A stretch of 64,000 nucleotides of DNA. Source: Rhodospirillaceae bacterium (lineage in GTDB: Bacteria; Pseudomonadota; Alphaproteobacteria; Rhodospirillales; Rhodospirillaceae). Below are positions 47,878 through 56,113 of this stretch, in pieces. The DNA lies in contig JBMYTN010000006.1 in assembly GCA_049604415.1 (NCBI GenBank), forward strand, positions 65,107 to 129,106. The letters are read 5' to 3'. Positions within the stretch are counted from its first letter, which is position 1. Each line of letters begins with the position of its first letter. The translations under genes and the position numbers were made by a program. Under the pieces are notes generated by a model. The model was not told where the DNA came from and did not search any database. It saw only the letters and a list, made by a program, of their open reading frames with translations.

Positions 47878-48729
47878 ATGGCAGGACGGGTCGGGGAGAA
47901 ACGCGGGCGGAGTTTTTGGGTGCTGGCAGCCTTTTTCTGGCTGTTTGTGTTGTTCCTCTATGGGCCGATCCTGGCCATCGTCACCTTATCCTTCCAGGGA
48001 CCGGATGGCGGTTTGACCTTCCCGATGAATGGGGTTTCGGTGCATTGGTTCGGCGCGTTGTTCGAGGAACAGCGGGTCGGTGATTTCAAGGGCTCCTTCT
48101 TGCGCTCCATCCTATTGGCGTTGTTGGTCATGGCGTTGACGGTGGTGATTTCCCTGTCTGCAGGGATGGCCTTCCGCCGCCCCTTCAAGGGGGCAGGGGT
48201 GGTGTTTTATGTCACCGTGGCCAGCCTGATCGTGCCCTCCATCCTGATCACTTTGGGCATCGGTTTGCTGTTTGACCGGCTAGACTTGGAAAGCACCTGG
48301 TACACATCCGGTCTGGGAGCCCACCTAACCTGGACTCTCCCCTTTGGCCTGCTGATCATGTTTGCGGTCTTCAACCGATTCGATAAGTCCTATGAGGAGG
48401 CGGCGCGGGATTTGGGCGCCTCGCCCTGGCAAGTGCTGCGCCATGTCATTGTGCCGATCATCGGGCCAAGCCTGATTGGGGTGGGGCTGTTTGGCTTTAC
48501 CCTCAGCTTCGACGAGTTTGCCCGCTCCCTATTGTCGGTGGGCTCGAAGAACACATTGCCATTGGAAATCTTTGGCATGACGACCACCGTGACCACGCCC
48601 ACGCTTTACGCGCTCGGGACCCTAACCACGGCAGTTTCCTTTCTGATCATCGCGCTGGCCTTTGCGGCCATATCCCTGCTGCATCGCCGTCGCCGAGGCG
48701 ATGGCCGTAAAAACGGGGAGGGTGTATGA
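47878..48729 (+). CDS. ABC transporter permease (PotC/PotI-like)
   Basis: 6 TM. EAA-like loop (AARDLGASPWQVLRHVIVPI). Confidence 0.75.
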   Translation: MAGRVGEKRGRSFWVLAAFFWLFVLFLYGPILAIVTLSFQGPDGGLTFPMNGVSVHWFGALFEEQRVGDFKGSFLRSILLALLVMALTVVISLSAGMAFRRPFKGAGVVFYVTVASLIVPSILITLGIGLLFDRLDLESTWYTSGLGAHLTWTLPFGLLIMFAVFNRFDKSYEEAARDLGASPWQVLRHVIVPIIGPSLIGVGLFGFTLSFDEFARSLLSVGSKNTLPLEIFGMTTTVTTPTLYALGTLTTAVSFLIIALAFAAISLLHRRRRGDGRKNGEGV

Positions 48730-49460
48730 GCCGCAGCATTTTGTTGGTCAATCCAAACACAACAACGGCGATGACAGAGCGCATGGCAGGTGCCGCCCAG
48801 ACGGTGATGCCTGACGGGGTGGCGTTGCTGGCGAAGACCGTGCCATACGGGGCTCCCAGCATTGAAGGCTATTATGATGAGGTTTTTGCTGTTCCACCGC
48901 TGCTGGAGGTGGTTGCAGAGCATCAGGGCCAGTTTGATGGCGTGGTGGTCGGGTGCTTTGATGATACTGGTGTTGATGCCCTGCGATGTGTCACTGACCG
49001 ACCCGTCATCGGTCTGTGCCAAGCGGGCATGCAGGCGGCCTCGGTGCTGGCCAATGGGTTTTCGGTGATCACCACCCTGTCCCGCTCGGTCCCAGCCCTG
49101 GAGCATTTGGCGGAGAAATACGGCTTTGGCCGTTTATGCCGTCGGATCCGGGCCGCAGAGGTTCCGGTGCTCGACCTGGAAGATCCGGCCAGTCCGGCCT
49201 TGTCGCGCATCGAAGTCGAGATTGAACGCGCCTTGGCGGAGGATCGCACCGAAGCCATCCTGTTGGGCTGCGCCGGGATGGTCGATCTGACCCACAGCCT
49301 GTCTGAAAAGTATGGGGTCCCGGTGATTGAGGGGGTGACGGCAGCCGCTGCCCAGGTCGAGGCCCTGTCCCGTCTTGGTTTGAAAACCGCCAAAACCGGC
49401 GGCTATGCGACGCCACGCAGGAAAACCTTCTCAGGGCTGTTTGACCGCTTTTCCCCTTAA
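48726..49460 (+). CDS. Asp/Glu/hydantoin racemase family protein
   Basis: ILLVNPNTT...GCFDDTG...LLGCAGM pattern with the two catalytic Cys regions of this family. Start overlaps the permease stop. Confidence 0.55.
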   Translation: MSRSILLVNPNTTTAMTERMAGAAQTVMPDGVALLAKTVPYGAPSIEGYYDEVFAVPPLLEVVAEHQGQFDGVVVGCFDDTGVDALRCVTDRPVIGLCQAGMQAASVLANGFSVITTLSRSVPALEHLAEKYGFGRLCRRIRAAEVPVLDLEDPASPALSRIEVEIERALAEDRTEAILLGCAGMVDLTHSLSEKYGVPVIEGVTAAAAQVEALSRLGLKTAKTGGYATPRRKTFSGLFDRFSP

Positions 49461-50311
49461 GCGGTCGCGCCTTCTTGGGTGCGATCAACCGCCTCAATGA
49501 CATGGCGCAGTAACAGGGCGGTGGTCACCGGCCCGACACCGCCCGGCACCGGGGTCAGGGCTCCCGCAATCGGGGCCACCGAGTCCGGATCCACATCGCC
49601 GACCAAACCGCCCTCGGGGGTCGGGTTGGTGCCCACATCAATGATTACCGCGTCTTTGCGCACATAATCTGCGGTCAGAAGCTGTGGCCGACCCACCGCA
49701 GCCACCAGAATGTCGGCTTGGCGGCACAGACCCGGCAGATCCCGGCTGCGGGAATGGCAGACGGTGACCGTGGCGTCCTCGGCAGTCAGCAACAGGGCTG
49801 CAGGCTTGCCAACCACCATGGAGCGGCCAACCACCACCACATTGGCCCCAGAGAGCGGGATTTTTTCTGCCTTCAGAATGTCGAGCACCGCTTGGGCCGT
49901 GGCCGGGGCGAAGGTCGGCAGACCCGCCGCCAGTCGGCCAATGCTTTGCGGATTGGTGCCGTCAATGTCCTTTTCCGGGACAATGTGACCAGCGACATCC
50001 AACAAAGTGACTCCCTCGGGCAGGGGGGTCTGACAAATAATGCCATGCACCGTGGGATCGGCGGACAGCCGGTCCAGCGCCGCACAGATCTGCGGACCGG
50101 TGGAACCGGTCAAAGTTTCGATGTCACATAGCAAGCCAAGCCGCTCCGCTGCACGTTTGATGGAGCGCACATACCACGCCGTGGATTCGTCGTCGGTGGG
50201 CACGGCGATGGCCAGCTTTGGCGTGGTGCCAGCCTCGGTCAGGCGGGCGGCATCGACCTTGGTGGCCGCATTCAGTTTCTTCGCGATGGCCTTGCCGTCG
50301 ATCAGTCTCAT
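49457..50311 (-). CDS. folD: bifunctional methylenetetrahydrofolate dehydrogenase / methenyl-THF cyclohydrolase
   Basis: MRLIDGKAIAKK...GVTLLDVAGH...VVVGRSMVVGKP...DVGTNPT are typical FolD blocks. 284 aa. Confidence 0.85.
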   Translation of the reverse strand: MRLIDGKAIAKKLNAATKVDAARLTEAGTTPKLAIAVPTDDESTAWYVRSIKRAAERLGLLCDIETLTGSTGPQICAALDRLSADPTVHGIICQTPLPEGVTLLDVAGHIVPEKDIDGTNPQSIGRLAAGLPTFAPATAQAVLDILKAEKIPLSGANVVVVGRSMVVGKPAALLLTAEDATVTVCHSRSRDLPGLCRQADILVAAVGRPQLLTADYVRKDAVIIDVGTNPTPEGGLVGDVDPDSVAPIAGALTPVPGGVGPVTTALLLRHVIEAVDRTQEGATA

Positions 50312-50973
50312 TTGGCAATCCTTTCGCGGACAATTCCGGCCACCTGATCGGCTTTGGCGCCGGCCGCCTTAAAGCCCTCCAGGGCCTCAACGGTTTGGCG
50401 GCACCAGTCGGGATCCTTCACCGAGGCCAGATTGATCTCCACATTGACCATCGAGGAGTCGAGCGCCGCCCGGGCCGCATAGGCCGCGACGGCAATGTCC
50501 GAGGCCACACTGGAATTGGTGTTGTCCAGGATGCTTTCCGCCAGATCGATCACCGCCACAGCGGTTCGGGCGGTTTCAAGCGGCACCTCGGCGGCCTGTT
50601 TCAGTGCGGTTTGGATCGCCGCTTTGCGTGCGGCTTTGTCCGCATCGGTGGCCTTGGGCAGTTTATAGGCCGCGATCACGCCGTCGAAGGCGGTGGCGTC
50701 GGCAGCGGCCAGGCGCAGGGCATCGGCGCGCAAGGCCTTGGTCTGGTCCATCACCGCCAGCAAGCTGTCCCGATGGGCGGCGAATTTGGGCTTATCGATC
50801 GTCAGGGCACAGACCATTTCCACCAGACTGGCACCGATGGAGGCGCTAACCGCGCCAGCAGCCCCACCGCCTGGGGCCGGGGCTGAGGACGCCAATGCCT
50901 CCAGCCAGGTTTCAAGGGAGCCATCGGTGCCTTGGGGGCCACCATTGGCCTCGGTCTCAGCGCTATCGGTCAT
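50308..50973 (-). CDS. methenyltetrahydrofolate cyclohydrolase / formiminotransferase-cyclodeaminase C-domain family protein (FchA-like)
   Basis: APAPGGGAAGAVSASIGASLVEMVCALT and the helical pattern of cyclodeaminase/cyclohydrolase proteins. Overlaps folD (coupled). Start chosen at MTDSAE. Confidence 0.7.
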   Translation of the reverse strand: MTDSAETEANGGPQGTDGSLETWLEALASSAPAPGGGAAGAVSASIGASLVEMVCALTIDKPKFAAHRDSLLAVMDQTKALRADALRLAAADATAFDGVIAAYKLPKATDADKAARKAAIQTALKQAAEVPLETARTAVAVIDLAESILDNTNSSVASDIAVAAYAARAALDSSMVNVEINLASVKDPDWCRQTVEALEGFKAAGAKADQVAGIVRERIAK

Positions 50974-51091
50974 GCTGCGGTAAGTCTTCTGATGTTCGGG
51001 GAGGGAAAATTCCGGCGCGGACAGTAGCACCGGCGGGCCTGCTGCGGCAATATGGATCCAAAGTCGCATTAAGCCTGAAAGTGAACCAAGC

Positions 51092-52012
51092 GTGTTATTC
51101 CAGGACCACCACCTTTGTGGACTGCATCTAGGGGCCTCCTGTCCCCTGCCGGACCTGCCGGTTGCCCAGGGCATGGCCGGGCAGGACCCCGAGATCACGC
51201 TCCTGGTGGAGGCTCTGGCCCCCATATTGCCCGAGGCGACCCATCGGGCACCGCTGTTTCAATTAAGGGGGCTCGAGGATTGCTTGTTCGACCTGCCCGG
51301 CCTCGGTCGGGCCTTGATCAGCCGTGGCAATCGGGTGGTCCTCGACCCCTTGGTCACCCTGCCGGAGGTCCTGTCGTCGTTCTGGGATGTGGTCTTGCCG
51401 CTTCTGAGCCTGCAAAGGGGCTGGGTGCCGTTTCGCGCCAGTGCTGTTGTTGGACCTGCCGGAGCGGTCTTGATCGTGGGGCATTCCGGGTCCGGCAAAT
51501 CCGTCGCGGCCGCACAACTGCTTAGTGGCGGGTTTTCTTGCGCTGGGGATGGCGTTGTGCCGGTGGACCTGTCCGGATCGGTGCCCATGTTGCGCCCGAC
51601 ATCCGGAACGCTTCGGCTTTGGCCAGCAATGGCCGACCTCTTCACCGGACAGGCGGAAACCCATTCGGACCATTCCGGTCGGGTGTGCATGCCAACAGCA
51701 TTGCCGCAGACCGCGCCCATACCCGTGCGGGGGATTGTGCGGCTCAGGGTCAGGGCCGGAGGGATTGAGATGGGGAGCCAGGATGAAACCGGGGTCGATG
51801 CTTTGGCCTTGGTCCAGGAGGCGGTCGCGGCCCAGGCCGTCGCCCGGTTGACGGGCCAATTGAGCAAGATTTTTGCCGCCAACGCCACCATGGTGCAGAC
51901 GGTTCCTTGTGTCACTTTGGTGCGGGATACGGTGATAGGGTCTTTGCCCGCATGGCAAGCCCTGTTGGAACGCTCAGTGCGGCATCTCTTGGGGCAGGAG
52001 GGGCAGCCATGA
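51092..52012 (+). CDS. HPr-kinase-C-domain-like (HprK-related) kinase, lasso-peptide-cluster type
   Basis: AVLIVGHSGSGKSVAAAQLLSGGFSCAGDGVV matches the HprK P-loop/C-domain pattern. Stop overlaps the sulfotransferase start (ATGA). Start could instead be 51170. Confidence 0.65.
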   Translation: MLFQDHHLCGLHLGASCPLPDLPVAQGMAGQDPEITLLVEALAPILPEATHRAPLFQLRGLEDCLFDLPGLGRALISRGNRVVLDPLVTLPEVLSSFWDVVLPLLSLQRGWVPFRASAVVGPAGAVLIVGHSGSGKSVAAAQLLSGGFSCAGDGVVPVDLSGSVPMLRPTSGTLRLWPAMADLFTGQAETHSDHSGRVCMPTALPQTAPIPVRGIVRLRVRAGGIEMGSQDETGVDALALVQEAVAAQAVARLTGQLSKIFAANATMVQTVPCVTLVRDTVIGSLPAWQALLERSVRHLLGQEGQP

Positions 52013-52854
52013 CCGCCCGGATCGTTTGGCTCGCCTCCTATCCCAAATCCGGCAATACCTGGCTGCGGTTCTTGCTCGACAGTCTGCTGCGCGGTGGGGC
52101 ACCGGTAGACATCAATCATGTCCGCCTGCCCGAGGCCCATGCCGCCAACCGGCATTTGTTCCGCAGCATTCTTGATGTGGAGGCCAGCAGTTTCGATCCC
52201 ACGACCGCCGATACCCTTCGACCCGTGCTCTATCGGCACTGGGTGAAGGACCGCCAAGGGCTGCTGTTTAGCAAAACCCATGATCGCTATCGCCGGGTCG
52301 CCGATGGATCGCCCTTGTTTCCGGCAGACATTTCCCATGGGGTTATCCATTTGATCCGAGATCCCCGGGATGTCGCTGTCTCCTTATCCCACCAGTTGGG
52401 GTTAGACCTTGGTCGGGCTGCGGACTGGGTTTGCTCCCGGCCATTGGAGCGGATCGGTCCTTCCCATGACATTTTATACGCCCAATTGCCGGAGGTGATC
52501 GGCGACTGGGCCGGGCACAGCGAAAGCTGGCGCGAGACCCCACTGCCTCGGCTGGTGGTGCGCTATGAGGATTTGGTCACCGACCCTCGGGCATCTCTTG
52601 GGGCCGTGGCCGGTTTTCTCCAGCTATCCCCATCGCGCGACATACTGGACGCTGCGATTGGGCAGTGCCGTCTGGAACGCTTGCAGGCCCAGGAACAAGG
52701 GGATGGATTTCGCGAGGCGTCCGGCGTGCGGTTTTTTCGCAGCGGACGTATTGGCCAGGGACGCGTGACCCTTTCGGCGCAGCACTTGACCCGTATTGAG
52801 GCCTGTCTTGGCCCCGAGATGGCCTGCCATGGCTATGAGGGTTCTGGAGACTGA
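52009..52854 (+). CDS. sulfotransferase family protein
   Basis: PAPS 5'-phosphosulfate-binding motif SYPKSGNTWLR, 3'-phosphate region RDPRDVAVS. Confidence 0.75.
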   Translation: MTARIVWLASYPKSGNTWLRFLLDSLLRGGAPVDINHVRLPEAHAANRHLFRSILDVEASSFDPTTADTLRPVLYRHWVKDRQGLLFSKTHDRYRRVADGSPLFPADISHGVIHLIRDPRDVAVSLSHQLGLDLGRAADWVCSRPLERIGPSHDILYAQLPEVIGDWAGHSESWRETPLPRLVVRYEDLVTDPRASLGAVAGFLQLSPSRDILDAAIGQCRLERLQAQEQGDGFREASGVRFFRSGRIGQGRVTLSAQHLTRIEACLGPEMACHGYEGSGD

Positions 52855-52958
52855 ATTTCCCCATAGGGTGAGTAATAATTTTGACAATCGCATATATCGT
52901 TTTTTATACAATAGGGATAATAAACCCACTTATTGAGATCATAAATAGGACGCTGCCC
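52855..52958 (+). promoter_or_regulatory. AT-rich putative promoter region for the lasso precursor gene
   Basis: 104-bp markedly AT-rich segment (TTGACAATCGCATATATCGTTTTTTATACAATAGGGATAATAAA) immediately upstream of the precursor ORF, in an otherwise GC-rich context. Confidence 0.35.
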
Positions 52959-53120
52959 ATGACTGACCATTCTGATCATCGTGAGTTGGCCGCCGATGCG
53001 GCTCAAACCGGTCAAAAGCAAGCTTGGTCCAAACCCTGCCTGAATGTCTTGGATATCTCCGAGACGTCAGGGGGGACCGCGCTGGATACCTCGGAAACAG
53101 CCTTTACCCGAGCATCCTAA
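52959..53120 (+). CDS. lasso peptide precursor (A gene), 53 aa; predicted leader MTDHSDHRELAADAAQTGQKQAWSKPCLNVLDISETS and core GGTALDTSETAFTRAS
   Basis: Small ORF immediately 5' of the Asn-synthetase-like cyclase. Leader has a WxxPxL motif and Thr at position -2. Core starts with Gly and has Glu at position 9 (9-membered ring possible; Asp6 is too short). Ser/Thr-rich core with a C-terminal Ser. Confidence 0.55.
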   Translation: MTDHSDHRELAADAAQTGQKQAWSKPCLNVLDISETSGGTALDTSETAFTRAS

Positions 53121-55046
53121 ATGGTCGCATTGGCCGGGGTGGTGGCCGAGGAAGATCGGCCCCCCTTCGCGCCTTTGCAAACACAGTTCAACGCCTCACC
53201 AACCCTCACCTGGGCTTGTTGTCCTGGGGCCTCTGCACAGTGCGTTATGGGAACCCTTCTTGCGAATGGCTCGCCAGAGCCGGTGGGACGGAGCATGGCA
53301 CATCATGCCCCCACCGGTGTCATGGTGGTGGCCGATGCTTGGTTACCCCCAGATCCTCATTGCCGAGTCCATGGGGCAGCGGAGCGGGTCGCCCAGCTTT
53401 ATCTTGCCCATGGTTCGGATGCGTTTGAGCGCTTGGAAGGCGAGTTTGCCATTGCGCTTTGGGATCCTCGGACCCGGTGCTTGCTGTTGCTCCGGGATGG
53501 TTTTGGCTGTCGACCGCTCTATTACCGGCTTTGGCCCGATGGTCGTTTGGCCTTCAGCAGCTTGATCGCACCGTTGATCGGTTTTGAGGAGGCGGCTCCG
53601 GGGGTCAATCCGGATTGGATTGCTGACTACCTGACCCGCAGCGAAAGCGATCCGGAGATCACGCCCTATCTGGGCGTCTCCCGCCTGCCCCCAGGACATC
53701 TGCTGACATGGCACGCGGGCAGGCTGTTCACGCGCCGGGTCTTCTACTTTGACCCTCCGGACCCGCTCGACTGGTCCGCAGCCCGCATCCAAGACGCTTT
53801 TGCCGCCCATCTGGAGCGGGCCGTCAGAGACCGCTTAACCCCAGGGATCCAATCTTTCGGGGCTGAACTCAGCGGCGGTCTGGACAGCAGCGCCGTGGTT
53901 AGCATCGCCGCTGCAGGGCTGCCCGTTGGGACGCTGTCCTCCCCGCTGCGGACCTATTGCCACGGCCTAAGCCCACAGGAGCGCGGCACGGTCTGGCCGT
54001 TTGAAGACGAAACCGCCCATGCGGCTTTGGTGGCGAACCATCTTGGGCTGACAGAGACCCATCACATCGTTCCGTCCCAGGGGCATAGTTTTTTGGACCA
54101 TGCGGATCGCATCCAAGCGGTTCATGGCGGGCCCTTGGTCGATGGGTTCGCCTGCCATTCCGATCCGGTGCTGCGACAGGCCCAAGCCGATGGCGTTGGG
54201 GTGATGCTCTCCGGTCAAGGCGGCGATCAATATGCCTCCGCGCCCTGCGGCATGGTGATTGGCGAATATGCCCAATCCCGGGCGTGGCGGGCGCTCTGGC
54301 GGGAATGTCGCGCTGCGGGGCAGGCCAGAGCTCCCGGGGCGCATGAAGCGTCCTGGCGTACCTTTCTCCGGGCAAGCCTTCGGGCGGAATTCGGTGCCCT
54401 CTATGGCTGGCTGCGCCCTAGGGCGGACCACGTGCCGTTTGGCCAGGAGGTTTTGGCGTCTCTGACGGTGCCGCAGTCGTTTTATCAGGAGATGGATTTG
54501 GCGGGGCGGGTTGATCGCGCCAGCCAGCAAGGGCGGTTTCGCAGCGTTGCGGCCCAGCAAGCCAGCTGGGTCGGGCAAGCCCCCTTTAGCCTTCGTTTGG
54601 AAAGCTCCTGGGTCGCCGGTTTTGTCCATGGCGTGACCTATCGCTACCCGTTGTTGGATTTGGCCTTGGTCCGCTTTGTGCTGTCGATCCCGGTGCAGCA
54701 CAGAGTGTTTCGTGGTCAAGGCCGGTTGCTGATGCATCGATTTCTCCAAAAGCGCCTTCCGGCCTCCATCGCTTGGCGGCGGGACAAGGCCCAGACCGCT
54801 TTGCCCGGCGTTGCCGCTCGCATGCGCCGCGCCATGCCCGTTTTACGCCAGCGCCTTGAGGAGATCCAAAGCGGTCCCCTCGCGGCGTCTTACATCGATT
54901 TTGCCGCGCTGTTTGCGCAGATGGCGCGATTGGGCGAGGGGGAGACGGCGTTGGATCAACCGGTCGACCGGGCGGCTCTGATCAATCTGCAGCGGGTGGT
55001 GATGTTGGGTTTGTTTTTGCAGCAGCAGGAGAAGAGGGGGCCATGA
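53121..55046 (+). CDS. lasso peptide isopeptide-bond-forming cyclase (asparagine synthetase-like, C protein)
   Basis: AsnB-like N-domain remnants (FAIALWDPRTRCLLLLRDGFGCRPLYY) and PP-loop ATP pyrophosphatase motif SGGLDSS. ATG directly follows the precursor stop. Stop overlaps the PqqD start. Confidence 0.75.
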   Translation: MVALAGVVAEEDRPPFAPLQTQFNASPTLTWACCPGASAQCVMGTLLANGSPEPVGRSMAHHAPTGVMVVADAWLPPDPHCRVHGAAERVAQLYLAHGSDAFERLEGEFAIALWDPRTRCLLLLRDGFGCRPLYYRLWPDGRLAFSSLIAPLIGFEEAAPGVNPDWIADYLTRSESDPEITPYLGVSRLPPGHLLTWHAGRLFTRRVFYFDPPDPLDWSAARIQDAFAAHLERAVRDRLTPGIQSFGAELSGGLDSSAVVSIAAAGLPVGTLSSPLRTYCHGLSPQERGTVWPFEDETAHAALVANHLGLTETHHIVPSQGHSFLDHADRIQAVHGGPLVDGFACHSDPVLRQAQADGVGVMLSGQGGDQYASAPCGMVIGEYAQSRAWRALWRECRAAGQARAPGAHEASWRTFLRASLRAEFGALYGWLRPRADHVPFGQEVLASLTVPQSFYQEMDLAGRVDRASQQGRFRSVAAQQASWVGQAPFSLRLESSWVAGFVHGVTYRYPLLDLALVRFVLSIPVQHRVFRGQGRLLMHRFLQKRLPASIAWRRDKAQTALPGVAARMRRAMPVLRQRLEEIQSGPLAASYIDFAALFAQMARLGEGETALDQPVDRAALINLQRVVMLGLFLQQQEKRGP

Positions 55047-55330
55047 CCATCACCCTAACGTCGACGGTTCGAAAGTCAGAAGGTCCGGTCGAGGCCTCCA
55101 TGGATGGGCGCACGGTCATGCTGAACATGGCCTCGGGCAAATATTTTGGCTTGGATGATATCGGGACCGATGTCTGGTCCCGGTTGGAAGGCTCGGTTGC
55201 GGTGATGGCTCTGGTGGATGCCTTGGAGGCCCTCTATGACGCGCCCAGGGCGACCTTGGAAGCCGACGTGTTGGAGTTTTTGCGCGCCCTGGAAACGGAA
55301 GGGCTGGTCGAAGCCGTGCCAAGCGCCTAA
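55043..55330 (+). CDS. PqqD-family RiPP recognition element (lasso B1 protein)
   Basis: 95 aa. Pattern DGRTVMLNMASGKYFGLDDIGTDVWSRL...LVDAL...DVLEFLRALETEGLV is typical of PqqD/RRE. Confidence 0.7.
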   Translation: MTITLTSTVRKSEGPVEASMDGRTVMLNMASGKYFGLDDIGTDVWSRLEGSVAVMALVDALEALYDAPRATLEADVLEFLRALETEGLVEAVPSA

Positions 55331-55369
55331 ACAGCCCAAACCGGTTTTTGAGATGGGAGAGGGCGCGGT

Positions 55370-55981
55370 ATGGCACCGACGGTCGTGGTTTTTGACATTG
55401 GCGGAGTCCTGGTGGATTGGAACCCGAACCACCTTTATCGCAAGCTGATCCCGTCGGATGCCGAGCGCGAAGCCTTCCTGCGCGACATTTGCTCCCCGGC
55501 CTGGAACCACCAATTCGATGCGGGAGTGTCCTTCACCGCTGGTGTGGATGCGCTCTCGGCCCAGCATCCCGACAAAGCCGATTTGATTGCCGCCTATCGC
55601 GACCGCTGGGTCGAAATGCTGGAGGGCTCGTTCGAAGACACGGTCCGTCTGCTCCGGCGTTTGCAGGCTGCCGGTGTGCCGCTGCATGCCATCACCAATT
55701 GGTCGATGGAGACCTTCCCCATCGCCCAGCAGCGCTTTGACTTTTTGCAAGGCTTCGATGTCCTGGTGGTTTCCGGGGCGGAAAACATGGCCAAGCCCGA
55801 CCCGGCGATTTTCCGCCTGTTCCTAGAGCGGGCTGGGGAGACGGCGCAGAACTGCCTGTTCATTGATGACAATGCAGCCAATATCGAAAGCGCTTCGGCG
55901 CTCGGCTTCCACACCCATCATTTCAAACAGGCTGCGGCCCTTGAGGCGGATCTTTTGGCCTATGGCCTGCTCAAGGCCTGA
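55370..55981 (+). CDS. HAD-superfamily hydrolase (subfamily IA-like)
   Basis: Motif I VVFDIGGVL (DxG), motif III region K, motif IV FIDDNAANIESA. Confidence 0.75.
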   Translation: MAPTVVVFDIGGVLVDWNPNHLYRKLIPSDAEREAFLRDICSPAWNHQFDAGVSFTAGVDALSAQHPDKADLIAAYRDRWVEMLEGSFEDTVRLLRRLQAAGVPLHAITNWSMETFPIAQQRFDFLQGFDVLVVSGAENMAKPDPAIFRLFLERAGETAQNCLFIDDNAANIESASALGFHTHHFKQAAALEADLLAYGLLKA

Positions 55982-56113
55982 CATCCAAGGTCCGCTTTCC
56001 GATAACGGCTTTTGTTTTGAAGGGCCTTTCAGTATAACAGCCCCCTTCCCAAAACGGGCCGAAACAGACCCACGCGCGCAGCCGCCTGCGCGCCCCTTCT
56101 CAGAGTGAATTCC

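Noticed and set aside
53121-53246. Possibility that the first 42 codons of the cyclase ORF encode a separate small protein or a fused B2 protease
   Set aside because: The segment is too short for a transglutaminase-like B2 domain (at least 130 aa) and lacks a Cys/His/Asp triad pattern. It is most simply an N-terminal extension or an alternative later start (53247).
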